A stretch of DNA of 64,000 bases, taken from contig OZ316892.1 in the NCBI GenBank assembly GCA_973895155.1, positions 18,094,357 to 18,158,356 of the forward strand. Direction: 5' to 3'. How positions within the stretch are numbered: the stretch's first letter is position 1; every line of letters starts with the position of its first letter. This document shows positions 26,101-38,620 of the stretch, in pieces. Origin of the DNA: Marsupella aquatica (taxonomy: Eukaryota; Plantae; Marchantiophyta). A model generated the notes under the pieces. The model searched no databases. It was given only the letters and a program-made list of their open reading frames with translations, and was not told the origin of the DNA. A program made the translations under genes and the position numbers.

Positions 26101-27659
26101 GACGGCTAGAAGTTTGAGGACTGTACTACATGTGAACCTAGTCGGAAATTCAACCCCTAGGATCCAAAGCAATCTCCCATGAAGCATATTAATTATATAG
26201 ACATGAATTGCATCGACTGTGATTGCCGTGTGATTGCTAGAACCAATAAGTGCGGTAAACCCAATCCGAAACCAGAAATGAAACTGCAAGTTGCTGAGGA
26301 CTTGAGTAAGATCTCGATCAGGCGGCCACGTGATGCAGATTCATTGCCAAAGATCATTTGTTCCTCGTGTGGCCGTCGACGGCCGCTCCGTGTCACAATA
26401 TTGTATATGATTATGCTTTCTGTCCCTAGTCCACGATTATAATGTTTTCCACTAACTAGGCTCAATGAAATACAAAATGAACCTCTACTGTAGTTGGACC
26501 GGCTCGTTACATCACTAAGTACTGTCAGTAAGTAGTGTAGTGAAAGCAACTGAAATTAAACAACGTGCAATTAAGCGCCCAGTGGAGAAGAACCGAGACT
26601 CTGAGAGCCTGAGAGGACTGACTTGACTGAAGTGAGTCGTATGCTAGCTATGAATGTACGTTCAGTACAGACTGAGATTGCTGCCGCGCGTGTGGTCCCT
26701 TTTCTCGCCTGTGGCTTTTCCTTCGCCCTACAATGCCATGCCGCCCGCTCTGATCGCGTCGTCTTCCCTGACTTGCTTCTTTCTCAGGAATATATTCATG
26801 TTGACCATCTCGGATCTCCTCGTTCGTATCTCAGTGGAGTCTGACCTGCTCCAACCGACGAAGTCGAGGCCAGATCTATCGAGGGTTGGGATTGGAGGCG
26901 TCGATGATCGATCCATGTCTCTAGTGCTCAGAGTTATTACAGATCTTTTCAGGGACACAAACGGGGAAACAAATCCTACAGAGGATTCTTATATGCGCCG
27001 TCAAGCTGCGTATTTGGTCTTTTCTTTTCTTCTCTTTTCTTCTCTTCTCTTTTCGTTTCGTTTCGTTTCGTTTTGGTCGGATCTGTTGATCTAAACGACA
27101 CTCTCCCAAAGATTCCTCCCATCGGTCACGTACTACATCAGTTTGCTCCTGCCAACGTACTTTGTAGAAATTGAAGGAAGATGGTACCAAAGTCAGACGA
27201 CAAATCTTTCTAATAAATTCAGTGGAATTGAGATGTGCTCCGGGAGGGATCTAATTGAATCAAGGTCGACGGACCAAATCTAGATGAGTGACTGACCTTA
27301 ACATTTGTTTAGTTCATGCATGGGGCTGTATATTTATACATATGTTACGATTTTTGTTGATACGTATGGGCTGGGGAAATTTCGGCCTGGCTCAAATTTA
27401 TCACAATGTTTGGCAAGATTTTCGAATGGATCAATGCAAATCCCATGGGCCACTTTAAAAGGTCAGTTTTCATTCAAATAGGGAGTATCTTTCCTTCATA
27501 TAAATTTCACAGCTAAAAAATGCTTGATCCATCCTTTCGGGGTGTACGTGTTATGGTCTATCAAATCATCAGAATGAATCCAAATTGAGTTGACCCAAGT
27601 GAGTTCTTTGTGATTATCATCCCATTATCATCCTCTTTATGCCAAGACCCTGCCCAAGA

Positions 27660-28890
27660 CTAGCTATCGCAATACCTGTGCCTTGCACAAAAGATGATGT
27701 TGCGGAAAAGAAGTCATTGTTGCGGAAAAGAAGTCATCACGAAAAGTATGTCATTGCCTAAAAAAGATGTACATTGCTTTGCAAAAATATTTGAGGCGGA
27801 AAGATGTTACATAAAGGATATTGCGCAAAATATTTCATTCTGCAAATATTGTTGTATGAAAGATGTTGTGAATGAAATCATTGAGGCAAAGGAGTGTTGT
27901 GGAAGCAAGGTTATTATTTGAGCCCTATGCCCATGCCTTACACAATTATCATTGTGACTATGTCCATTGAGCTTGTGATTGGGTTGTCACTGCAGTTGTG
28001 CAATGGTTGTGAAAGTCATGCAGTTTTGTTTTAACCAGCCAGGTTGTCTTGTAGCCTTGACTGTGATTCTTGAGGAAGTGTTGTCATTCTCATGTCGATC
28101 ACTATGTCATTTGTGTCGTCATGTTGTGGTTGCGGAAGTGTCATTTTGGTTGGGTTCATGGTTATTGATGCAAGAGTGTTGAATGTCATTTTGGCCGATG
28201 TTGTTGTCAGTTGTGAATGTATATGATGTTGTTTGGGAGGGCAAGGGCATAGGGAAGTGCAGGATAGATGAGCACAGGGTGCACACAAATAGGCACCGGG
28301 CAGGCTCTGGACCCCCCTTGTTACTTCCTTTTCCCCACACGCACTCCTTCTTTCCATCCCACTCCCATTCCCCACTCCCCCCTGGCAGTCCCCCTCCCGG
28401 GGAAAGACAACAACTGCCTAAATTGGGTGCAAAATACTATCAATGTGAACTGTTAGGTTGACACGAAATATTGTAGGCAAAAATGTGTGTTGTGTGAAGG
28501 GGTTGCAAAGAAAATTAACTCCACAGGGAAGATAAAAAATAAATATTGAATCAAAAATGAAAAATCCATGCAAACAAAGAATATGTTTGGTGATGCAAAA
28601 AAATAAAATGGGAGACAAAGATAAATAAAGCTTAAATGAGGACCAAAAAGAAGCATTGTGCAAGGTTTCATCACCTTGCCACAACAACTCAAATGCACCA
28701 CTGTACAAACTAATGGAAAAAGAAAAGTTCACCTCACCTCCAAAAAACAGAAAGGTAAGAGGAGGGTGGACATTCACCATGGCCGGGCCATGAAAAGAAC
28801 ACGCACCCATCCCTCCAACATTTTAAATAAAAGAAAAATTCAGCCCCCTCAAATGCATTCTATTAATGTATGTAGCTATTTATAGAAGAA
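27660..28890 (-). mobile_element. Non-autonomous Helitron-like fragment (3' end at 27660)
   Basis: a|CTAG-ctatcgcaata-cctgtgccttgcac-aaaagatg is the reverse complement of a hairpin+CTAG 3' end. It is followed by the same AAAGATG-rich repeats as the 49871 element. Right boundary approximate. Confidence 0.55.
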
Positions 28891-30776
28891 ATTGACCCTT
28901 TTTGAGACCCCGTTTAGATGTGACTCTAAGGAGACCCTTGCCATTTTGTTACTCCCAACCAACAACTGGGACCAAGCTTACAACTAAAAATTGAAGGTGA
29001 ATAGAAGCCCCGTTTGTGACTACTCTGATAGTCACTTATTTGACAGTTGTAATTCACTCATAAGGGCAGTTTTACAAGTAAAATACAAGGTATACTACCT
29101 GCAATTGAGTTCTTAGAAGTATAATATAAAGATTTACCCTGCATGTATTGTTAGGAACTCGTTTTCTACCTGAATGCTCTTACTTACTGGATCTAGGGTA
29201 CTGCAATTTTTACTGGATCTAGGGTACTGTATTTACTCTATGGGAAAGCCCGGAAAGTATGATCCATCCTAGCCAAATTCACTTATTATGCCTCTAGTGT
29301 GGCCACATCCCATCTTGAATTGTGCATCATTCTAGCTACGGAGATCCAATGTCATACAATAAAATAAGGTTATAACTAAATTGGAGAAGGAGTCGGGTAA
29401 GACAGTGTTGAATGTTTCTTTCATATGAATGTGGTTCATGCTCACAAATTGAAAGTCGTTAATAAATGCTACACTCATTGCAACGTGGTTGATACCCACT
29501 TATAGTGACTGACCTGTGACTGACCTGTGACTCCAGGTTACCAATTAGCCGAGTTGACACTTGACCACACTATGACTTTAAGTAGTCACAGCCTTAGTCA
29601 CTTTATTGACTTTTGGGATACTTAAAAATATGTGGTGAATATATTTTGACGCTGTACCTCACAACATACATTGTCTTTACCTCTGTGACAAATCGTACAA
29701 AAATCTTCTAGGCGGGCCTCTAGGTCTAGACACAATCATCTTTATAACTAAGAGGTTTGAAGTCTGTGGAGTTTACAGATGTTGTAACCTCATAGCGAGT
29801 AGTGCAAGATAGGAACCGAGTGTGACTTTCAATTAGTAGTTAGTGTGAGAGGCAGTCTTTTTTTATGAGTGACATTCAAAGTGAGTGACATTCATGAGAC
29901 AACATTCTATAGATAGCACTCAGACACAATGCAAGACATTTAGGTTAACACTTGCATTCATCAAACTATAGAAGTATAACAGAGAGAATATAATATAAAA
30001 ACACTCAGGTAGGGACATTACAAAGCATGAGATCAGCACATTACTTAAAAAAAATTCATTTATTAGAATTGAAGAGATCCACCATAAAGTTCACATAGAG
30101 CATTAATAATGATGGTCAATTCAATCATCATGCAAAATTAGGTATTGGGAGGTTTTGACAAGATCCCATATTATGGTGGTTGCTTGACAAATTTCTTTAG
30201 TTGAATATTTCATTATTATGCTTTGCTTAAACTTAAAATCATTGGTAAAATCACATGTTTCATTATCACTTTGAATCTTTTGAGTGATCGTTTAGAGACC
30301 ATCCGTAGTTATTGACAAATTTGTAACAGCATCTTACTTATAATTCTGCAACTACAAGCTAGAGTTGGGGCCTAGGCTTCTAGAGTGAAGCCTCTAGACA
30401 GTAACTCCATGGCTCATCATGTGGAATGATGAAAAACCTGATGTCTATGATGTATGTCATGTCAAATGATAATCATGATTGCTTGTTGTTATGATTTCTA
30501 TTTATATTAAAAACTGATCTCTACGGCCCCACCATATTATATGTGCATAAGTGGGATGTAGGATAGAAAAGCTAGGGATGTACGTAGAAAAGAGTACTAT
30601 GGTATGTTATGTCTGATTATTAAAATGATGATATGCATGATAATTTTTTTATCATTTTATTAACCTTCAAAATATGTGAATAAGGAATATATTTTGGTGA
30701 CATTTTTATTGTCCTCCCCGCTATTCACGTTCAAAGAATGGGTAGTCGGGGCTAGTTGAATAGGAAAGCAAAAGAA

Positions 30777-30777
<1 letters not shown>

Positions 30778-30817
<40 letters not shown>
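30778..30817. repeat. (CA)n microsatellite
   Basis: About 20 uninterrupted CA units. Confidence 0.97.
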
Positions 30818-30819
<2 letters not shown>

Positions 30820-32059
30820 AATTCAACAATTAAACTGCCAATATGTACAAACAAACAAGAGAATATCTAAGTCAGGCCAGCCTGTTGATTTTTTATTTCA
30901 TAACTGGGCTCATAACACTGCTGAAACAGTCCATTTTATATCTACGTACTGTTATAGTGAGCAAATTAATACTTTAAAACCATTTTGAGTGTCAGACAAA
31001 ATCATTCTAGTGACATTGTCTCCCTGTTTAGTGCTCTTTGTTCTTTGTCAAATGAATGTGTCATTTTTTTTAAGTCATCAACTTAAAAATGATAGTATAA
31101 CATAAAAACTAGTAACATTTTTTAAGTGGAAAAACCTTAAACTTTGTTTGAGTGCTATTCAATTACAGACCCCCATGGTAAGCTCCTTCCAAAATCTCTA
31201 GCGCCACATTATCAAATTCACTCTCAAACAGGAACAATGATGTTCACTACAAGAAACAAACAGAACTATTTGTGTTTGATGCAAGGCAAGGAAAAACCAC
31301 TATACTCAGAAACAGTAAAAATATCAAAATTTAGAAAATGAAAATTTAGAACGACAAACAATTGGGTAAAACATAGCTACCATTTTGATGCCTTGTCAAT
31401 GATATTTCAGTGATTCACATCAAAATACTTGTATTTTCCAATTTTTTAGATTATGACTTGCCTACCTATTTAACGTACCTATTACTAATAGTTTTGTCTT
31501 GCCTATGCACAGTTTTGAAAACATGAATTTTCAAAGTTATCTCCTGGCCAGGTTATATAGCCCTGGATTACCTAAGTGCACGGACCTTGTGAAAGTGTTG
31601 TGCTTAGAGTCTTTATTCATACATAAGTGACGTGAACTGAAGCTTGCACTACCTTCCTTTCCTAGAACGCACATCAGAGATACTTCTGTAGAGAAGCATA
31701 TCATAGGATCTATTGTCGGCCTTTATATGATCTATCGACCTTAATATATCAAACTGTTAGATGCTTTTCAGTCTTTAATTTTTTTCAACTGTTGGATTGA
31801 GGCAGCAGGGTGCGAAGGAGGGCTCTATTGTATATAGGGTGTGCTACATGTACAATGCGCTGGCTACTAGGTGGGTACATGGTTAGTGCACAAGCTGTAG
31901 TAACTATGTAATACATACAGGTATGTCATAAAGGTATGATGGTACATCCAGACTTGGCAATATCTATATGGGAAATATAGATAATTATAGGAATCAAGGT
32001 GAGAGATTTTCATTGTGGGGAATTTATTTTTGAGGTAGGGGAAAATTCATGGTGGCACT

Positions 32060-32433
32060 GAAGGTGGATCCTGCGCACCCCCCCTGACCTTAATATATTT
32101 CCTCTTTTTAATGTTGGTACTTTCTTTGTTATTTCTGGGGGTTCAAGCGCAAATTGATTTGCTCAGGTGATTCACCTCTCACCTTGCTTCCTGTTGTCCC
32201 CCATTTCAACTTCACTTATCTTTTGTCTTTTTGTTTTTCCCTTTGCATCCCCGATTGCATCACTTTGCATGTACTCCTCTATTTACATGCAGGTTTCTAT
32301 TTTTCTTCTGCTAGTTTTTTCTCTCTTCTCCTTGGGATTAATTTTCCTTGCAATGGACTGGTGTGTGACAATGTTTTGCCCATAATATTCCATGTCAACC
32401 AGAGCCTTCCACATTGACAACACCTTGCACCCA
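32060..32433. repeat. Dispersed repeat, inverted homolog of ~28425-28800
   Basis: cccataatattccatgtcaacc...cacattgacaacaccttgcacccaa is the reverse complement of ttgggtgcaaaatactatcaatgtg...ggttgacacgaaatattgtagg; diverged. Confidence 0.65.
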
Positions 32434-33937
32434 ACATGTTTTTGTAGTATATATTAGAAAATGGTTTTGATATACTTTACACTTTTTGTGGACTATAAAG
32501 TGTAGATAATCTATTATGCAAACTTACTTGCTTGTCAACCAATTGTTTTTTCTCCCATGTTTTTGCCCCATACCAAAGTATGCAAGCCTTGCACCTGCCA
32601 AATACACAGAAGGTTTTCAACCCCTTAATTGCTAGAGGGACATTTATTACTTAGATATGTAAAGACAAAATATCTAAAAGTGAAGCTTTGTTAGTGGAAA
32701 TTAAGTTTCAGCTCATTTATGGCATAAACACATTACCACTCATAGGTAGATCACATCACATTAGGACTCCAAACTCCAACCTGCAAAATATTGCCAGTGA
32801 GCTCTAATTAAGCTTGGAAGTGATTTCCATTTAAAATATATTTTGCCATAGGGTTCTCAAGAGCTCGTTTAAATGGAGCAGAAATAGCTTCTGTTGAATG
32901 AGCACAGACTATTAGAGAGTCCAGCATGGGAACCCCAGCAAATTACATTTTTAACTAAGATGACATGGTTTCAGAGCTAAAACAATTTCTTTTCATACAG
33001 AAAGAGCATGTTGGGATCCCATCCAGGTTGGAAGTTTGGATGGAGATCCCATATATACAAGCTTTTTACTCAAATAAATTCACTAAATTACACTAAATAT
33101 TTCATAATAATTGTAACATCATAGAGGTCACATTCTTCTATGTAAGATATATTCAGGTAGGGGACTTTACAAGAATGACAGGACAAAAATTGACTTCCAA
33201 GAGTTTGCTTTTAGATTTCATCACAATCATTCATAGATCAATAAGGGGTTCACATTGACTTTACAAAACATTGAGAAGTCACTTGTCCAAGATATCTCCC
33301 AGCCTTACATGGGCTTCTACCAATCCTATATGGACTAGAGTAGGTGGCCTAGAATGTTTATGTGGACAGTGTCATTTTAGCCAAGTCAAGACTACCTCTT
33401 GAGGTGGTATTTTCAACGAACCTTTGGGTCTCTTCTCATTGTGTCATAACAGTCTGAAATGCACCTGACCACCTTTTTTGGTTAGGAGACTCTAAATGGA
33501 CATGTGGGTCAGGTACAGTAAAAACACAACTGACACATCAATATTTGTCCTCCCTCATGTCCTCTGGTTCTTGTAAGCCCCCTCGTCTCCTTTTCCAGTC
33601 CAATCCCCCATCCAATCTTCATATCAAGGGGAATATGCTTTAATTTACTATTTTTTCCTTATCAAAATATTTCTTGCAACAAGACGACAACTAAAATTTT
33701 CATTTGATAATTTGGGTTAATTTGTCTTTTTCTGCTTACTCTGCCTGGGATTTGAGAACTGGGAAGCCAAAATTTGCAAACATAGGACACTTCCAGGGGA
33801 ATAACAATTGCAGACTAAAGACAAAGGTTTACTCCAAAACAGATATGAACTTTGAAATGCCTGTGAAGTTTAGTTAAAAGTCATAGTTAAAATGAGTAAT
33901 GACAGTTAGTTAGAGGCAGACGCTTGGCAGTACTTAA

Positions 33938-34696
33938 ACCACGCATCCGAGTATAAGGGGCTCCGCGTAACGCGGAGTCCCCATACGAAGTGTATTCCAT
34001 ACAGCAAAAAGACGGGCTACGCAGCAACGCCTGCCCTCCACCGTCCGATCGACGCTCATAGCTGCGCCTACCCTCAGCCATAGGATGTGATCTATGGCTC
34101 AAATTGTAGGTCTTGTTGAGATCTACGTCTCCAAAAAATCTCACACAAAATGGTTTATTATTTCAGGAGAAATGATAGAAAAACGAATAGTGCGCTCTGA
34201 TTGGCTAGATTCAAAATTTGAATTTTGGGGGGAATATTGATCTAAGCCGTCTGATTGTTTTGCCTCCACAAATCTCATCCGTCTATCATATTGGTCAATC
34301 TATGGCTCAAAAGAAAGACCTCGAGGAGATCTATGGATGGGTTTTTTCCGTTTTGTAAATGGGTTTATATTTCTCAAATTAAAAATAAAACAAATCTAAG
34401 CGCTCCTGGCCGTCGATTCATTGATTTTGCAATCTCTGCCGTTCATTGTTTATTGCATCTTAAAATCTTGTCCGTCCACGTTAGAAGGCGATCTAGGGTG
34501 CAAAAAAGAGATCTCGATAAGATCTACAGTTGGGTGTTTTTAGTTTCGAAAATGAGTAAATAGTTTTTGCAATAAAATTTAATGAAGTTTGGAGTTGTGA
34601 ACCATCTCTCCTGCCCCGATCCTGGATTTCCCTGCGCCGTGCCCAGCATTTATGGCCGTACAGTCCCTTGCTGCTTTAAATACCCCGATGCGTGGT
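33938..34696. mobile_element. Non-autonomous inverted-repeat element flanked by TTAA
   Basis: TTAA(33934-37)-ACCACGCATCCGAGTAT ... ATACCCCGATGCGTGGT-TTAA(34697-700); 15/17 inverted match; internal repeated gatctatggctcaaa and gagatcta motifs; no ORF. Confidence 0.7.
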
Positions 34697-34944
34697 TTAA
34701 CTAACCAAATAGCTAAGTGCCAACAAACATGGAACTTAACTTTTTCATAACTTTCTGACTCGATCCTTGAGAGAGAGAAGGTCTCTTTTGCTCAAAATAA
34801 TTAAGCACTCCCAAGGCAGTGAACGTTTCGGTCACGAAGCCTGCCATGGAGCGTTCTGTCTTGATCCTTTTTCCTTGACAAAAGGGCGATGATTCTCAAA
34901 TGCCATTTATTCAATTGAAAGCACTTGCAAGTAGATTGAGTCCT

Positions 34945-35190
34945 TGGGGGTCTCACTATATGAAGGTCTCCCCATCAGCTGCGATGTTTTTAGGCCTCGG
35001 ATCACCTAAAATGTAAGAATTTTTTTTAATCCCTATAAAGTTAGAATATTCTAAAAATTTGGTTAGACCCTAATATCCTTATAAGTCTCAAAATTGGATT
35101 TAAAAGACCCTATTATTCATCTGAGAAAATTCTTAAGTTTTTTCTTTAAACAAATAAAATTTAACCTTATTTTTTTATCGCACATGATGT
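34945..35190. repeat. Dispersed repeat, inverted relative of the 62350-63027 unit
   Basis: Its reverse complement aligns by eye to catcacgcg..aatccagttttgagaattataa..gaatattc..ttttagg..gtgaggccccc. Confidence 0.6.
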
Positions 35191-36171
35191 ACCCTTTTTA
35201 TGGAAATGAAACCCCCATTGAGTATGTCATCACTTTTCAATGTCGATCTAGCTTTGCAAGAGAGATGTGTACTACAGGTAATTCTAAAGAGCGAGAATTG
35301 ATTACACTTTTGATTGCCGTGCCAGTAGAGTGCATCATGAATGTGCAAGGTGAATCAAGGACCGTCAATTCAACCATGACCCTATTCCTTCGTTAGGAGC
35401 GATGGTCCATTTAGACTAGAGAAATATTCAGTTCAATCAGCACTTTAAATTATGGTCTGGTTGCAAAGGTCGTCATTGAGAGAAACCAGAGAATCACTGT
35501 GATGTCAAGCTTTGAGAAAAACTTCAAAATGGCAGGGGTGGTAGCGAGCTTGTGGTGGGGCTGTTCGGTGTCATTCATTTCCGGGAGAATTCCTAGATTT
35601 TTGGGTTTTTCTGAGAAACGGAAGTACCTAGCCTTATCATGGTGACAAAATTCATCTTGCTCAGGTCGTGTGCTGCCATCTTCTCCTCTCAGGTCTTTCA
35701 ACTAATCAGGGACATGAGATTTTTGCTCGGCTGTTTTAACTTAAGCTTAGAGCTATGATGAAACGAAGTATCTTGAGAACATTCAATACCGTGAACCGTG
35801 ATTCATAAATTTTGAGTCTAGGATGGCTTTTGTAGCTGTTATGACGTCGTTTACTTGCTGCTATGGACAGCACAGATATGAATCCGTCATCATTTTGCTC
35901 TCCTACATTTCAGGCAATTAAGACGCAAAAACTCCAAGTCCGATCTAGAGAGGTCTCGATCCAGCCCGGTTTGCTGACCACTTGGCAAATTGACTACAGT
36001 CTATAAATTCAGACAATAAGAATCTTGAGGCGGAACAGTAACAGACTAGCGATAATAGACATCACGCAAAGCTTGACAAGAACCAGACGTGAGATAGTTG
36101 ATTTCGGACAAGCCTGGTGGTAGGGATTCACCTTTGAGACTCGCTTTGAGAGTTTGGAGGATATTCATGAA

Positions 36172-36739
36172 CAGCTTTTTACTAACCTGGCCCCGAAATC
36201 ACCCAAATTTACTGACATGCCCCCGAAACAAATATTTATCATCTTGCCCCCCATTTCGTATGTGGGTTAACTTTTAACTCACGATCGGGTTTAGGGTGCA
36301 ATGTGGCGACTCGCTATAGGCTGAGCTTAACTCGCCGGGCTTTCCTTTATCCCCTCTTCCCTTCTCCCTGCCCAACACCGTCGCAGGCCCTGGAGGACTT
36401 AAAATGCAACCCCGCTAAAGAGTTGCCCTTCCATGCCGTCCCAAAAATGACTCGCTGCCTCTCGAGGGTCACTTTTGGAGGGGCAACCAGTTTTTGGGAG
36501 GGACGACTGGGAGGGGGGAGGCCTGCGATGGAGTCGGGCAGGGGAGAAGGGAAGGGGGCTAAAGGAAGGCCCGGTGAGTTAAGTTCAGCCTATGGCGACT
36601 CGCCATGTTACACCCTAAACCCGATCGTGAGTTAAAAGTTAACCCAGATACAAAATGGGGGGCAAGGTGATAAATAAATTTGTTTCGGGGGCATGTCAGT
36701 AAATTGGGATGATTTGGGGGACAGGTTAGTAAAAAGCTG
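36172..36739. mobile_element. Mutator-like (MULE) non-autonomous foldback element, 568 bp
   Basis: Perfect 10-bp TSD TATTCATGAA (36162-71, 36740-49); ~218-bp TIRs starting CAGCTTTTTACTAACCTG and ending CAGGTTAGTAAAAAGCTG. Confidence 0.93.
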
Positions 36740-36870
36740 TATTCATGAATGACGACCTTGGAATAAGATGTGAACCCCTGGTAGATTTCGCTGTTTTCCA
36801 CCTGCTCTGGCTGCAAGGTATTGTGAGTGTCTCTTAGTATCTCAAGGGTTGTTGTGGAGGTATTCTATGT

Positions 36871-37139
36871 TGCGAGCAAACAGGAGATTTTGATAGCGAG
36901 GAGATTTTGATAGCGAGACAATAATAGTTCCAAATTTCAGTTGCTTTTTGGTGCCCTTTATATTTTTTGTGTTTTTTTAAGGATTCCCTTTTTGCTAGCG
37001 AGCTCGCTAGCAAAAAGGGAGTCCCCAAAAGGGATGTTACCAACCAGGTAGTTGATAGCGAGGCAGTTGCATGTAGAAAAATAGGGGTCATGCAGGAATT
37101 TTTGGCTCGTGCGAGGAAATTTTTTACTGTTTGCTCGCA
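36871..37139. mobile_element. MITE-like element with 13-bp TIR and central perfect palindrome
   Basis: TGCGAGCAAACAG (36871-83) / CTGTTTGCTCGCA (37127-39); 36-bp perfect palindrome at 36985-37020; repeated (g)atagcgag motif; TSD not resolved. Confidence 0.65.
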
Positions 37140-38212
37140 CATTACAATTACCCGTTGTTGTGTGGCACTAGGCTGTACCGGGGAGGATTGCTAGCATGCA
37201 GTAGTTTAGACAGAACTGAAAGTAAGTTTGGAGACTTCTTTCACCCTCCATCAGAAAGGATGGCGTTTTTTAATTTCGGGACCAGGAACCAAGTTAAGGC
37301 AAAAGTACTGTTGGAACGCTTGAGGAGTAGTTAACTTTTTTATAGTTAAGTTTGTATACTATAGTTAAGTTTGTTAACTATCGGGTACATTAACTATCCG
37401 TAACGGTGGGTGGGAGTGCACCCTAAGTCAATAAAAATGTAGTGAACAACTTTGGGACAGTTCTGGGATTTTCACTCAATTCACTTCTGAAGTCTTCCTC
37501 CCCCACGCAAGGAATTAAGATACAGTCTCTCATTATACAATAAAAAAGGGCGTTTTGGCAGGGCTCCCTGTCAACTTAGATATATTACATGCTGGGTTAC
37601 ATGGACCCTATAAGATTGGCATTTATTTATATTAAATTAAAATTTGGAGATATAGAACTCGTCCAGCTATGTAGGTCATCATTCTTTGGAATTGGACATA
37701 GAGCTCCAAGCTAGAGTGACTCGAATGGAGATAGAACTGCCACTGCCCAATCAAAATGCAAAGTTAGTATTCAAAGGATCTCATTGCTAAAGTCAGTGGT
37801 TAGTTATGTACACCACAGTAAGCTCAACATCAGTGTGCAGCACACAGTTGTGGTTGATTTTGTGTCATTCTCGTGGCTAGCTTGTTGTTATGGCCAGGTT
37901 GTAGTTGCAAAAGTGTTGTTGGCACACATACATAGAGTGTCTTGTGAAAATATTGTCATTGCATGAATCCTAATTGTCTAGTGGTGCAGATGGTTGCAAG
38001 GTGAAAGCTGCAGGGGTTTTGATCGAATGAGGTGGATGATTGCAACTTGAAAGCCAGGCATATAAGGTTTAAACTAACGGGTAGGGAGATTTGGGGCAAG
38101 AGTTGTTCAAGCAAGAGCCAGAATGAGGCTAATTTAAAGGTCCTGGAGGGCACATTGTGCAAGGATGTTTGGCAGAAAAATTGATTAGCCCAGCCTTTCT
38201 GCCCCCTCCCCC

Positions 38213-38620
38213 CATTAGACATTTGCTCTTAGGTTTAGAGTTACTCTGTAGTTGTGGTTAGTCAAGCCATAGTCAGGTACTTGATCAAGGTTAAATATGC
38301 CACTTAATATCTTGCTTAATATATGGACAAGCAAGAGTACATTAGTTTGTGAGTGAAATTTAGATTCATTGTTATGGAGTTATCTGATAGATAAGGAGAG
38401 TTTATGTCATAAAGAGTATTTGATCAAGATTAAATATGCCACTTAATATCTTGTTTAATATATATATATAAGCAAGAATACAATAACTTGTGAATGAAAC
38501 TTAGATTCATTGTTATGGAGCTACCTGAAAGATAAGGAGAGCTTATGTTATAAAGATTTGATATCGTCAACAAATCTCGAGTGCACACAGCTCTCTTGTG
38601 TGTTCTTGTGGATGTAGCTT
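38213..38620 (+). mobile_element. Diverged, truncated solo LTR related to the copia LTR, with internal 2 x 139-bp duplication
   Basis: ctcttaggtttagagttac and gagtgcacacagctctcttgtgtgttcttgtggatgtagc match the 5' and 3' parts of the 175-519 LTR; duplicated units start at 38277 and 38416. Confidence 0.7.

Noticed and set aside
29184-29532. Short tandem duplications (27-bp ttactggatctagggtactg; 11-bp gtgactgacct)
   Set aside because: Ordinary slippage products in old repeat DNA.
35440-36830. Possible spliced pseudogene interrupted by the MULE
   Set aside because: Acceptor-like sites are present but no consistent frame or recognisable protein.
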